DNA of 64,000 nt from Rhynchobatus australiae (lineage: Eukaryota), in assembly GCA_034780895.1 (NCBI GenBank), contig JAUZTB010000098.1, forward strand, positions 87,775,663 to 87,839,662, read 5' to 3'. Shown piece after piece: positions 37,510 through 50,743 of this stretch. A model generated the notes under the pieces. The model did not search any database, was not told the origin of the DNA, and saw nothing but the letters and a program-made list of their open reading frames with translations. The stretch's first letter is position 1. Each line of letters opens with the position of its first letter. Position numbers and translations under genes: made by a program.

Positions 37510-40500
37510 GCTGTGAATTTCAGTTCCTGCTTGAGTAGTTAAATCAAACTATGTGAAAATAACATAGATTGGATATATTGTGCAAACAAGGTGGGTGAAT
37601 GTGATGGGGTTGAATGGCAGAAGTGGCTCAGTTTTGAATGACCAGCTGGAATTCCTACAAGTTCCAACCTACCGTGCGTGCGTCTGTAAAAATGTCAAAG
37701 AATGAGCTACTTTAAGAAAGGTGGGTCAGAGTGTGTGAAGCAAAATCCAAGTCATGCAGCTTTTTAAAACCAAGAAGCAAGACTCCATGGAGATGTAGAC
37801 TAGTATCAGCAACGATACTTGTTTCCACTCTCTCCCAACACTTCCAGCATCCAGTCACACTGGCAGAAATACAACTCTTGTGGCTGAAAGTGTTGTGCAT
37901 ATTGGGGTATAATGGTTATAGGGATCACATATCCNNNNNNNNNNNNNNNNNNNNNNNNNNNNNNNNNNNNNNNNNNNNNNNNNNNNNNNNNNNNNNNNNN
38001 GGGAAGGATATGTTAAAACCAACAATGTCGGTTTCAGTATGTTGTGGGTCTGAGAATGCTATTCCATGAACCTTTTCACTTCAAGTTATCACTCTTTTCC
38101 CACAGTGCTGCCATAATGGAAAATAGTGTGGGGCAACTCCTAGGTCAGTTTTTCCAAGTATGAAGTTGAGTTGCAAAAATGGAGGTGGTTGGGAGTGGTT
38201 AAGTGTGAAAGAAGCAAAATCCAAGTCCCACAGCTCTTTAACCAAGAAACTCCATGGTGATGGGTATCAGCACGGAGGGGTTATTCTCAAAGGTGCCTTT
38301 AAGTAACTGCTAAGGGCCAGTATTTCCATGGTAAAGACCCAAGCATCTAAAAAAAAGCCTTTGCAATAACTCCAACCAGTCAGCATGATTTGTTTTTTTT
38401 TGAAAATTGGTTTAACCCTGTGCCAAACAGCATTGCACCCATCCCCTGTGTCTAAGTGCCATAGGAAGCTTTGACTCCTGACATTTCAGAATTTTTGTTT
38501 ACCCAATTCTATTTTAACAGCAAAAAAACCTAAAGTTTGCACCTTCCCCCAAATGACATAATTGTACAATATTCAAAATTCATCTTTAAGATTTTCAACT
38601 TCATTGATCTGAAAATGGCATTCAGAATAGCCAAGCTTTTTTCACAAGCAATTATTTTCCCCTAAAACTATTATTTAAAGGGATAACCTTCAGCCTGCAT
38701 TATGTCCTTATTCATGTGCCCTCCTATAATCCTAAATACCATCTTGTGTGCCGGAATGTTTTGCCGTGGAGGTCAGGATCATGTCCTCTCTCATCTTCTA
38801 CCATCAGGATGATTACACATGTCTGCTTCTATTCTTTGCCACACCTTATGGTTTCCTCCTTCCTGCATTAGAGAGATCATCCAGGTGCCCTTCCTGCATG
38901 GTGACTTCCTGCTAGAAGCACCTGACTGTAGCCCTGGATCTCCAGGTACAAAGGATATGCCGTGACCAGGACCTGTTCTTCAGCTTATCCAGGTTCCTCA
39001 GATCTGTTGGGAGCACTCTATGAATCCCCTGCCATCGCTTGCTGCATCCAGTCATCCAGAGCAATACTCCCTTGTAGCTGTATATCCAGCTGTATTTCTT
39101 TTGAGTTGGCTGCGGAGGTCACAACTCCTGGGCTACATGCTGAGGACTGCAAGAACTTGCAACATGTCAATAGGGAAGGCAGTGCTGAAACTGATACTAT
39201 CATTTTCAGTCTGAAATTACTTGTGCGATCTGAGAATGCTGAATCTCTCAGTTTAAGTTCTTGTTCTTTATTGCAACTCTTACAGATGGGTTTAGGGTGT
39301 CCAGCCTTATTATTTTAATATCATGTGTGGGCCAACTTTTATATTGGTGGGGGGGGGGGAGTTGCAGAAATGGAGGGTGGGGATGTAGCCAGCTAATAAA
39401 TGGATGCAGAGTGGGGAAAGGTGGAATACTGGGAGCGAAGTTTGTAATTGCATTTAATAACAGTCCTAGCTATCATCTGGAATTTTCAATTCTGAAATGA
39501 AATTGTAACAGAGAAATTGGACACTTAGTGCAACCAGTCTGTGCTGATGTTTATTAACGTTTCAGAGTTTATGTGAAAACTAACTCTGTTTTCATCTTGC
39601 ATTTCCCAAGCTAAATTTAAAATGATATTAAGTGAATATGAAGACTGACAAGTATTTGCTTTTTCACAAACTTAAGGGTCCAATATTACATTAATCTATC
39701 AGGGGGAGTTTGAACTGAGTTATTGCTGTGATTTCAAGACAAGTCTGTTTGAAAACTTCCTATTATGGTAACTTGCCTTTTTTGTTTTAAGGCTGGTTGT
39801 TTTGAGTACCCTGATAACTTGGCAAGTCACTAGCTGAAGAACAAAAAAAATAGGAAGGTGTGTAGTCTGATCTGCTATGTGCAGAATTAGCAAGTATGGA
39901 CTAGTTTAGGAGTGGAGATCCTGAGTATATTGGGGCAGAGGTGAGAATCTGCCCCATTTCCAGTTTGTGAACATTACACCTATGCACTTGTGTTTGAGAT
40001 TAAACAGATGAGAATCAGATTGGATTTGTAATGCCCTAGTGCTTGGGAACTCCAATTTGACCATGTTTTGAGGATAACTTTAACTGGATAAATAGTGTGC
40101 ATATGTACACCTTGACCATTTAGTGGTTACTGATTTATTTTTTTTGGTGGGGTGGAAAAGTGAAGGGTTACATGTCTCTGTTGCCCATCCATCCCCCTGG
40201 CATTCCCACATGGTGAAACAGTCCACCAGTTGTTGTGAAGTGGCTGCTTGAATGGGAGAGGCTGACACTTCTGCATGATAACCCAACAAGTTTCAATGCT
40301 GGAAGAATTTCTTTAAAAAATTTAGTAAATTGTATTTGTGGACAGTTTTGAGAGCACTTGACTGATTTTTTTCATGTGCTAAACTTTCTCCAAGGTCAGT
40401 GATTGGTCCATTTAATGCTGTGGGCTCTTGCTCTTTTGAACATACTAAATGCAAATACTAAGTAAAGTTAAGAGCAAAAAGTAGGCGGAAAGAAATTATG

Positions 40501-42649
40501 AAGCTTCAGTGCATCACCTAGCCCCATTTTGGCCAACTGTCGCTCAGCATTNNNNNNNNNNNNNNNNNNNNNNNNNNNNNNNNNNNNNNNNNNNNNNNNN
40601 NNNNNNNNNNNNNNNNNNNNNNNNNNNNNNNNNNNNNNNNNNNNNNNNNNNNNNNNNNNNNNNNNNNNNNNNNNNNNNNNNNNNNNNNNNNNNNNNNNNN
40701 NNNNNNNNNNNNNNNNNNNNNNNNNNNNNNNNNNNNNNNNNNNNNNNNNNNNNNNNNNNNNNNNNNNNNNNNNNNNNNNNNNNNNNNNNNNNNNNNNNNN
40801 NNNNNNNNNNNNNNNNNNNNNNNNNNNNNNNNNNNNNNNNNAGTACTGCCAAATAAAGTGGCTACAAGTTATCAAGGGAAACTGTTCCATGAGGTCTGAA
40901 GAATGTCAGGACAACACACAGTTGACTTTGGAGTGGTGAATGAAGCAAGAGTTTTCTTAAGCGTCAGTCAAAAACCACCCAAAAAGCTGATCCAGCTATA
41001 ACTTCAGCTCATTTTTTAAACCGCATGTGTGTATATATGGAGTGATAAATGTTTTTCTTTAAATAAACACTCTGGATGGCTGTCTGGAGTCACTGAGATC
41101 AACTCAAGCTGACTAGGTTTGAGGTTTTGATAGGAGACTTGCTTACGGGCAAGCCTGCTATGAAAAGATAGTAGGGTTTACAAGAGGCCATCAAGTAAGT
41201 GACAAGACTAGTCAATATTAGTTTGACTGCATTTCAGCCTTGTGGTTAATTGCAGTGACAGTGTAGGTAAGTGAGGCAGAAACAAGGAAAGGCCATTCAA
41301 ACCCAGAACAAAGGAAAAAGAATAGGTAATTCAGGCCGTGAGTCTGTTGTTCCATCCAGTTAGCTAATGTCAATCTCTTCCTTGATTCCATTCATGCCTT
41401 TGTTTGCAATTCTTCAGTACTGTAACCTCAAAATCCTAAGACTTTTGGTTTGAAAATATTCATTTGTCTTGGTATCCATGGCCCTGATAGTGGTGAATGA
41501 TGGCAAGTGTTGGGATTTTAGTGTGTTGCTCTAAACCTTGCTGTCATTCCACTTGAAATGCAAATGGAACCTTTTAGTTCTGACAATGCCTGGGTGGAAA
41601 ATGTTATGCATGGAAAAGATTCTACAAATATTTTCAAATTAATTTTCAAAGTGTAATATTTAAATTGGATAGATTGATCAAACTAATAATGGGAGCTTAA
41701 CCACATCCTTGCTGCTGCTTTTAAAATGCCTATCAACGAAAGGAATTTCAGTGCCTGTGTAGTGAAATTTGGGGAAATGTACTGAACGCCTCATAATTCT
41801 TGGTATTCCTGGGATTAACCAAATAAAATGTGTGCAAATGGATCAGCTCTCCAATTTGAAATGGCAACAGTGGAAGGCGACAGGAAATGTGACTCTGACC
41901 TTTAAAACTCAAGCCCAGGAATAAGTGCTAAACATATGGAGTTCCTATTTATTCAGGGTGAGGTGCCAGAGACCTATTTGTCAAACCTAATGGGATATTT
42001 TTGCTCTGGTACTTTAACTTGTTCATCTATATCACAAAAAGTGCTTTTTTTAATAGATTGATGGGTGATTTTGCTGTTAAATAGCTTGACCACATGGTCC
42101 AGATAAGTGAGCACTTTTTTTTTTAAGGCTGTGGTATCCTTCAAGTTCTGGGTTTGTTAGGGGTTGCTGTTAAATCTCATTAAGTCAGGTTGTCAGTGGA
42201 AGCCATTTGGAATGTGACATTTGCTGTGTTACCCAATGTCTTGTCATGTTGGAAGGCAAACTAACAGTGAGAGGCCCTTGACAAGGAGAGGTGCAACCAG
42301 AAAGATTGGAATTTCAAGTCACAAAGCTCAAATTTACTTGGATGACTTGGTGCATTTTATTAATTCCTGTCTGTATGATTAACTAGAGCACACAGAGGCT
42401 TTGAACATTCAAGTGTGTCTCAATATTCTCTACACAAACCTGCCCATCATTCTTCAAGCTGTTAGAAACCCCCATTGGTTAAGTACAGGAATCATGAAGT
42501 TATGGCTCTGCATATCTTCTTTCTGTGAATGGTGGTGGGCACCTGTAGTAAGACTTTGAAGACTATCACACTACTCAGTGGGTTAATTTGCTTAGTGTAA
42601 TGCAAACGCATGACAGATTTATTTTGTTAAAAGAGCAGTATAATGCTGC

Positions 42650-42950
42650 AGAAGTTTGTGTTGCTGCCTCTTAACTCCAGGAACCTGACCAGGTGCTGTC
42701 TGCAAATATCTTGCAGTTGCTTTCTATGTCCAGGTGAGTTTCTGCTGAGTGTTTGTGTTTCCTCCTGCATCCTAATGACCAGTTGGTAGGTTAATTGGCC
42801 AGTGTAAGTTAGCCCTAAGTGGTTAAAAAGTGGGAGCATGTGACAGAGAATAAGTTGGAGGAATTCAAGGAAATAAGAGGGGAATGTTATTGCTATGCTG
42901 GGACTGAGCAGGGACCTGCGAGGCAGAATAGCCTCCTGTGTCATTAGTAA
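42650..42950 (+). mobile_element. tRNA-derived V-domain SINE (HE1-like), decayed, with CR1-type tail
   Basis: gctgcctc..ctccagg..ggtgctgtctg..gtttcctcc..ggtaggttaattggcc..gtaagttagccct..gaatagcctcctgtgtc. Confidence 0.7.
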
Positions 42951-44314
42951 GTCATTGGAGAAATGGATCTGAACTTAAGTTAATGAGACAAGCATATTTG
43001 CCCAGTTTTCATAGTAAAGATTGGTTAATGTAGCCATATGTTAGAAGAATGCCTTTTTTAGTTTTTCATTGGTAACTGTTGGATTTTCACCCCACGTGGG
43101 TCAAAAAAAAATTCATTGTTAATCAGAATTCATTAGTTGAAAACCTTTTTAAAATGGAGCACATGACCCAAGAAGATTGAATTTGTATTTTTCTGTTTGC
43201 TTCTATAAATATAACTGCCAAATGGTATAAAGCAGATGCGATTTTTTTTTGTTATTTATGTATATTTGCTGTTAATTGACAGTTAATTATATAAATGCTT
43301 TGGTATATTGCTATTGATAAATTCTTTGCATCCTCAACATCCAATTTTGTGCTATCCTGAAAATTGAAATAAATGCCTATAAACATTGATTCTGTCAAAG
43401 TTATTCAAAGAAAATAAAAATACTTTTCTACAAGTCTATAACGGCCAAGTTGTGGTTTTTGTTTTATAATAAAAAGGAAAACTATTTTATGGGTGGTGCG
43501 CAATTTTTACTTAAGATTGTGGTGGAATCACTTTAATCTCCATACGTTCACCTTTGAGTTCATATTTGAGGAAATGCATTTTTAAATGTTATAAACTGTA
43601 TGACCCTATACAGGCTTGAGGTTTAAATCACTGTTACGTATTTTAATGACACAGAAACTGGGATTTTGAATCATGTTCATTAAAAAAAAGAGCTGTGTAT
43701 ATTTGAGTGATAGACTCTTACACTTTGAAATTACCATAGTTTTGAGGGACAGAGGATTTCATGAGTCGGAGTTGTGACATTCCCAAGAGTCATTGACCAA
43801 TCAGTTTTAAGATCAATTGGAGAATAGCACATTCCTATTGAATGTGCGCGCCTATTGTTCATACCAGTGATGGGCTCCATAGCAACAACAGTAATCACTG
43901 GAGGTTAGCATGATGCTCTTCACATATGCTAATATCAGAATTCCAGCTCAGAGCAAACATACAAAGGTCAGTTCCCTGAAACATCTCAAAAATTGCCTCT
44001 TCCTACCCACCCCCCCCAACTTCTTTGACTGAACAAACTGAATTGAATGAGATCTATGAGATCTTCTTTTCTGGGACCAGCTCGTCCTGATCTCAAATTG
44101 TTCGTGCAGTGGGTTCAGTTTTGTTATCCCTAATCAGCTCGGTGCATGAATAGGCACGTCCTGAAACTGGTCTGTTTCAGTGAAGGTGACTTAATAACAC
44201 CAAGCTTTTTGTTGCTAGCCAGGTCTCTGAATGCCATGGCAACATATGAGGGTCACTGCTCTTTCAGATTGTATATTAATGACCTGGCTATACAGGATGT
44301 GATTTCAAAGTTTG

Positions 44315-44662
44315 TGACATGGTCAGTGTTGTGGCCTCACAAGGAGCTGGGTATGACCCTGACCTTGGGTGCTGTCTGTGTTCAGTTAACGTATTCTTCC
44401 CATTACTGTGAAGGTTTCTGTCCAGTGCTCTGGTGTCCTCCTACATCCCACAGATTTGCTGGTAGGTTAGTTAGTGATTGTAAATTACCCCTTAGTCTCA
44501 GTCAGTGGAAAAGAATCAAAGGGGAAGTTGAAAGTTCTGTGAGAATAAGATTCAGGCTTGCAGAGAAATGGCGGGGGTGGGGGCAATGGAAATGAAGGTT
44601 CTGCTCTGTTGGGAGATGGCATGGACCAGATGGGCCAAATGGCTGCCTCGTGTATCATAAAT
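44315..44662 (+). mobile_element. tRNA-derived V-domain SINE (HE1-like) nested in a decayed CR1 fragment (44255-44950)
   Basis: cctgaccttgggtgctgtctgtg..cctcctacatccc..ggtaggttagtt..gtaaattacccct..gatgggccaaatggctgcct. CR1 RT remnants (YINDL..ISKF; QFTLEKCEVIHLG) lie on both sides. Confidence 0.7.
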
Positions 44663-45544
44663 GGTAAGTGACTTGTTTTCGAAATGGGGAGGAGAATTGA
44701 GATTCTAAAAAGATAGAGGTGATTGAGCCAGTGGCAGTTTACATTAGAGAGAAGTGTGAAGTAATCCATCTTGGTGGGAAGCATGAGGAAAGGTATTATA
44801 ACTAAATGATACACTTTTAAAGGGAGTACAGGAAATGAGTGGACTGCATGTACACATGAAGATAGCCAAAAGTTGAAAGAGCTGAGGAATGCAACTAATT
44901 TGGCACCTCTTTTGTGGAGAAGGCTTGATGGATTGAATGGCTGCTTTCTAAACTGATCTTTTCTGATCATCATCCCAAGAGATATCAAACACAGACTACG
45001 GACATGAGCAATGATGCAGAATATTGCCACTTATACCATCTATGCTAATTCTGGGTAGCACCTTAATTGGGGAAATGCCACCTGCCATTTGCCACTCAGC
45101 TACAAAGGTGCTATTAACACTTACTATTACCAGCTATTTCTGGTAATCCAGTAATCTCTCAGCAGTTTGCTAAAACTAGTTAGTGCTTCCAGCTATTAAT
45201 TTGGGGTACAGAACACCTCAACACAGTACACCCATTTAACTGGTTTTAACAACCCAGAAATGACAGATTATAATTGCTTGATGGCTCTACTTTCTAATTG
45301 CCTCCTATAATTATTAGCTGTTTCCACTGTTAATTGAAGCCTCAATCAGCTGTTGGCTAAATATAGGCGATCTGTCCGTCTCCATTTAAATAAATCACTT
45401 GATTTTTAAATTGATTTGGCATCATGCAATTCCTTATCACTTTAAACTAACATTAGGGATCCTAGATATTTACCACCTCCAATATCTATGGTTTTGTATG
45501 TCTTCGGGGATCTGATGTGATGTTTAAATATGCATGGGTCAACA

Positions 45545-45738
45545 GCATGTCAGAAGGTTGTGGTTTACAGTCCCATTCCACGTGAGTACAATCCAGGCAG
45601 GGAGTTTGGGACAGTACAAAGGCTATGCAGCACTGTCAGAGGTGCCATCTTTTCTGGTGAGGTGTTAAACAGCGGTATTGTCTGCTCTCTTGGGTAGCTG
45701 TTCCTCTAAAATCCAATTACTGAATTTCAAAGAAAACT
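45545..45738 (+). mobile_element. Deu-domain SINE (SacSINE1/AmnSINE1-like) 5' part
   Basis: tcagaaggttgtggttt..gcagcactgtcagaggtgccatcttt..tgaggtgttaaac..gtctgctctct matches the recalled Deu-domain consensus. Confidence 0.7.
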
Positions 45739-45744
45739 ATCTTC

Positions 45745-46092
45745 AGGGGAGACCTGATGGAAATTTATAAAATTTACAAGAGGCGTTGATAGAGTAGACA
45801 ACTGGTGTCTTTTTCCCAGGGTTAAAATATCTAATAGCAGAGAGCGTGCATTTAAGGTTTTGGGGAGGGGTGGGGAGAAGGTTTAAAGGAGATATGCAGA
45901 GCAAGTTTTTATACCAGGTGGTCGGTGCCTGGAATGTGCTGCCAGGGGTGGTGGTTGAGGCAGATACGATAGAGCTGCTCAAGAGACTCTTTGATAAGTA
46001 CATGAATATGCAGAGAATGGAGGGATATGGATCACGTGCAGGCAGAAGGCATCATTAGTTTAATTCAGCAGGATATTGTGGACCAAAGGGCC
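45745..46092 (+). mobile_element. CR1 LINE 3' fragment
   Basis: RGDLMEIYKI..RFKGDMQSKFLYQVVGAWNVLPGVVVEADTIELLKRLFDKYMN. Confidence 0.9.
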
Positions 46093-47944
46093 NNNNNNNN
46101 NNNNNNNNNNNNNNNNNNNNNNNNNNNNNNNNNNNNNNNNNNNNNNNNNNNNNNNNNNNNNNNNNNNNNNNNNNNNNNNNNNNNNNNNNNNNNNNNNNNN
46201 NNNNNNNNNNNNNNNNNNNNNNNNNNNNNNNNNNNNNNNNNNNNNNNNNNNNNNNNNNNNNNNNNNNNNNNNNNNNNNNNNNNNNNNNNNNNNNNNNNNN
46301 NNNNNNNNNNNNNNNNNNNNNNNNNNNNNNNNNNNNNNNNNNNNNNNNNNNNNNNNNNNNNNNNNNNNNNNNNNNNNNNNNNNNNNNNNNNNNNNNNNNN
46401 NNNNNNNNNNNNNNNNNNNNNNNNNNNNNNNNNNNCGGTGTGCTGCATTTGGGTTCTCTGTGAGCTTGCTCCTTGCTCAACATTGTGACAGTTTTAAATG
46501 GAAACTGCTCCAGTAATATCTCCAATGAGCAGCATCAAGTAAATTCTACGGTTCAACAAAGTCATAAATAAGTGACTTCCTAATTGTCTCATATTATTTA
46601 AAATTCTCACCAAGTTATCTGCTTTTAAGAAACCAAAACTCAACCTAATTTGCAATTCCATGCCTGGGGATGAGGATCAATCTTCGTGGAATAATGCCAA
46701 AGATAGTTAACCCCTCCCCCACAAATAAAAACCTATTGTGTAGCAGCATAGATTGATAGCTGACACGAACCCTCCATCCATCCACATCTTGTATTACTTG
46801 CCCTCTCCCAGCTGGTATGGAGCATTACTTTGAGTTCTGTTCCTCTTCCCTATCCTGGATAAGATTATCAGTGAAATTTGTGGGTAGCTGGATTGATTTT
46901 CTTAATAGAAATAAGGACAAGAGACAGTGCGGAGAAAATATTGAGCTGTTCTGCCACCAGTCCTGGGTGTGGAATGGTATTTATACTTTGCATGTATTGT
47001 GCCCTTCTATTATGGGGGAAGAGCTCCTTGAAACTAGTATAAAAATAAAATGAAATTCCAATTCAACTTTTCCACGTGAAATGATTGCTTTACTTTCACT
47101 TCTCCTGCTTGTTTGCATTGTTACCCATTGCATTTGTCACTAAGCAAGGTCAGATCCCTTGAACTGGTATAATTTAAAGTATGAACAAAAATACCTTGCA
47201 GCTTTATTCCAAAATTGGCCCTAATTGGTTAATTATGTGACTCTGGCTGGTTGTTGTATACTTACCTTGTCTAAAAACCAGTGTGAGTGAATTCTGTGAA
47301 TGACCTCTAATAAACTCCACTGAAAGCATGTTGGGATAACAGAATTGGAGCAATTAGTGGCAGCTTTTAGGAGCTGTTTTGGTGTGGGGGAAGGGACAGC
47401 AGATGGCATTGCCAGGAGAGGGGGTTGCATTAAGTACATTGGCATTAGAAAACATACAAGAGGATTAGTTTAATTGTTTAGAACTGCAGCAGCATGCATA
47501 CACAGAATAAACNNNNNNNNNNNNNNNNNNNNNNNNNNNNNNNNNNNNNNNNNNNNNNNNNNNNNNNNNNNNNNNNNNNNNNNNNNNNNNNNNNNNNNNN
47601 NNNNNNNNNNNNNNNNNNNNNNNNNNNNNNNNNNNNNNNNNNNNNNNNNNNNNNNNNNNNNNNNNNNNNNNNNNNNNNNNNNNNNNNNNNNNNNNNNNNN
47701 NNNNNNNNNNNNNNNNNNNNNNNNNNNNNNNNNNNNNNNNNNNNNNNNNNNNNNNNNNNNNNNNNNNNNNNNNNNNNNNNNNNNNNNNNNNNNNNNNNNN
47801 NNNNNNNNNNNNNNNNNNNNNNNNNNNNNNNNNNNNNNNNNNNNNNNNNNNNNATTACCATGTTTATAGAACTCAATGTCCACGTGGTACAATGTTCTCT
47901 CAAATCTAAACTGATTGCTGATGATCCTAATGGAAGAGTATGCT

Positions 47945-48330
47945 GCAGCAAAAAAAAGCTGTTGGAGGAACTCAGTGGGTCAGGCAGCATCAGTGGAGGG
48001 AAATGGACAGCTGATGTTTTAGGCTGAGACCCTTCATCTGGACTGAAGGAATAGAGGGGAGATGGCTAGTGTAAAGAGGTGAGGAGGAACAGTGGGGCGA
48101 GAGCTGGCAAGCAAGAGGTGGATCCAGATTAACCACAGTACGTGGGGGGTGGGGTGGGGAGGGAAGTTGCTTCCTGGAGAAGGAGAGCACCTCTGTTCTC
48201 GAGTGGAAAGCCTCATTTTGATAACGGATGCATTGGAGACAGAGAAACTGAGAGAAAGAGATGGTGTCCTTACAAGAGGCAGCATGGGAGGAGGTGTAGT
48301 CTTGATTTATCTTGGCCACACCATGATGAA
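47945..48330 (-). mobile_element. Penelope-like fragment with variant hammerhead (CAGAUGA core)
   Basis: Minus strand YTSSHAASCKDTISFSQFLCLQCI..NEAFHSRT (PLE thumb motif SHP..CK..IPFSQFLRLRRI) and agtccagatgaagggtctcagcctaaaacatcagct. Confidence 0.8.
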
Positions 48331-50743
48331 CGACATCCTCAGCAGCACATTGTTAATGCTTCCCTAGAAATTCCTGAAGGATTTGCTGGACTGTTGTGGA
48401 TGAGCTTGGGTGATCATTTTTAATGTGTTATGGCAAAATAACACATTATTTTGCCTGTTATGGCAAAATTCAATTATATTACATTACCAGAACTGTGCAT
48501 CTTGGCACTCAGATATGCCATATAATCCAGGCTGGGGCAGTGGGGAGATTCTTTGGGCATGCTTTTGATGGAGTGCTTCAGGCACAGTTGTTTTTGGGTG
48601 GCAGCTGGAGTGGGGGAAAGTGGGAAGGGATCTGCTCTGGGACTTGGGAGAGCAGCTCAGCATTTGGGAAAAAGAGCATGGGAATTTGCACTGATAATTT
48701 AGGCAGGGTGTAGAAATCAGTCAAGTCTCTGGTGGGTGATGAGATTGAGGAAGTTGGTTTGCTCTGGCAAAGGGTTAGGATCAGGGCTGGGATGCAGACA
48801 AGGACAGTGGAGGAGCTTGAGAAGTGGTAGCAAATAGATGGGAAGAGGGTTGCGCAAGATCCTGGGGTTGAGGTGAGAGGCACAGTTCAGGAGATGAGAA
48901 GGAAATTAGTGGGAGATGAGAGGCTGTTTTATATGTGAGTTGCTGGCAAGGACATAGCCAAAAGTTTTGCCTATAGGCATCCCAGGTTGGTACTGGTCAA
49001 CACTCCTGTCTGGGGGGGGGCACCTGGTGTAGGGTAATCCCAAATGAAGTAGTTGGAGTTCCCCCACTCAAAAATGAATATTCCACGAGGAATGGTATTT
49101 CATACTCCAAGGGCTTGAGGAAGAGATAATGGGCAAAGTTGCCAGAAATTTTTGTTTCAGTATCTCATCGCTCCCATTTTGAATAAAAGGATGTGTAAAT
49201 AATTTCTCCTTCAACAAGTTACATTCAGTGCATGAGTAAAATATTGGCAATTTTTAATTCTTCTGCACAACATGCCACATTCTTGAAAGTTTCTTCTGAA
49301 TGTTTTTCTGGATTTTTGTGACTTTTTTAAACTTGTGACCCACAATTAGAAACGTGCGTGTCGAGAGATGGTTTTTGGACTCTTCCAAGGAGGTTTCTGA
49401 TAACGAACTGGCCATTGGCATGCAGTGGGATGATTACCCTCCTTCCTCTTCTTCCTTCCTTCCCTCTTCTATTCACCATGCCTGGAGAAGTTTGTATATC
49501 TGCTGTCAGCAGCTCAAATCCCACACCTTGCCTTGTGGATATGGTGCTGTTTTACCACTCTGCAGCATAGTTTGTTCAGTCACTGTGCCTGCACTTTGCA
49601 TTTAGTCATGGAAGATGGATCGTTCTTAATTCAACAGTGTAGTCAAATGACCAACGTGAAGCAAATCTGCATAACAAGACGCAAGTAGATCTGTTCTTTT
49701 GACATTGGGGAGGCTCAAACACCAGTCACAGAAAAGGACCTCTTGCAATAACACACAAACACAGTCCATCAGCCTGCAGACACCCAGTCAGAGAACATAG
49801 CAGAATGGTTTTCCAAATTCTCTTCTAATAATTCACGTGGTTAATCTAAAATTTCCGTATAAACTGATGTAAATGTTATGAGCTAGTGAACTATCAGCTG
49901 CAGAACTGTTTCTATTAAGTCTAACATTCCATCATGAAGTAAGGGAGAGTTGCTCAGCAACTTGAAAAATGACTATTAATAAACAACCCTGCACGTGCTT
50001 GAACAGTGTTCTGATATACTGACAATAAAGTGAGACAATGGCTGTTAGAAGGCTCAGTATATGTCACTAATTTTGGGGATTTGTAATGGTGGGGGAAGGT
50101 GTTGGGGTGGAAAGTATCAATTTGCAACAGTAAAATCACTTTTAGGGTCAAACGTGCCATTTTAGATACCTGATGCATTATCTAATTGTATTGGGGTTTG
50201 TGAACAACAGGACAATTGACCATCGTCTTGTGCACTTGTCTCTTTTCCTTGTCTTTTTTATTGTCTGGTTCAAGCTTATCAGCTTTTCTTGCCATTATAT
50301 AACCCTGGTTGTAGTCTGATAGAATTGTGTTTCAGATTCCCAAAAGGGGATCCATTTAGTTATTAAAGAGCATTTGTGCTTCAGATGAAACTAAGGGTAA
50401 AGATTGAAGGGACTTGGGGGTTAAGGATTGAAATTGGTGTTAGTACTATAATAGCATTTTTTTCAATCTGTCTAAACTCTACTTTTTAAGCCATAGGTTT
50501 TTTTTAAGCATTGCCTATTTTAAATATGAAAATGTACTTGTGCAAGTAACAACATGTTACATTAAATGGAATACAATTGGCTGCAAACAGAACATTTGAA
50601 CGGTTCACCAGTGATGAGGAATCCTGTTCAGAGCTGATTGTAATAAGGAGCTTAAGGATTTTGGATAAGAATGGTACCGGAGAATAGAGCATCCAGATGT
50701 CCTGCAGTGTTACAAAATTGGATATTGGGAGGTAAGGGAGGGG

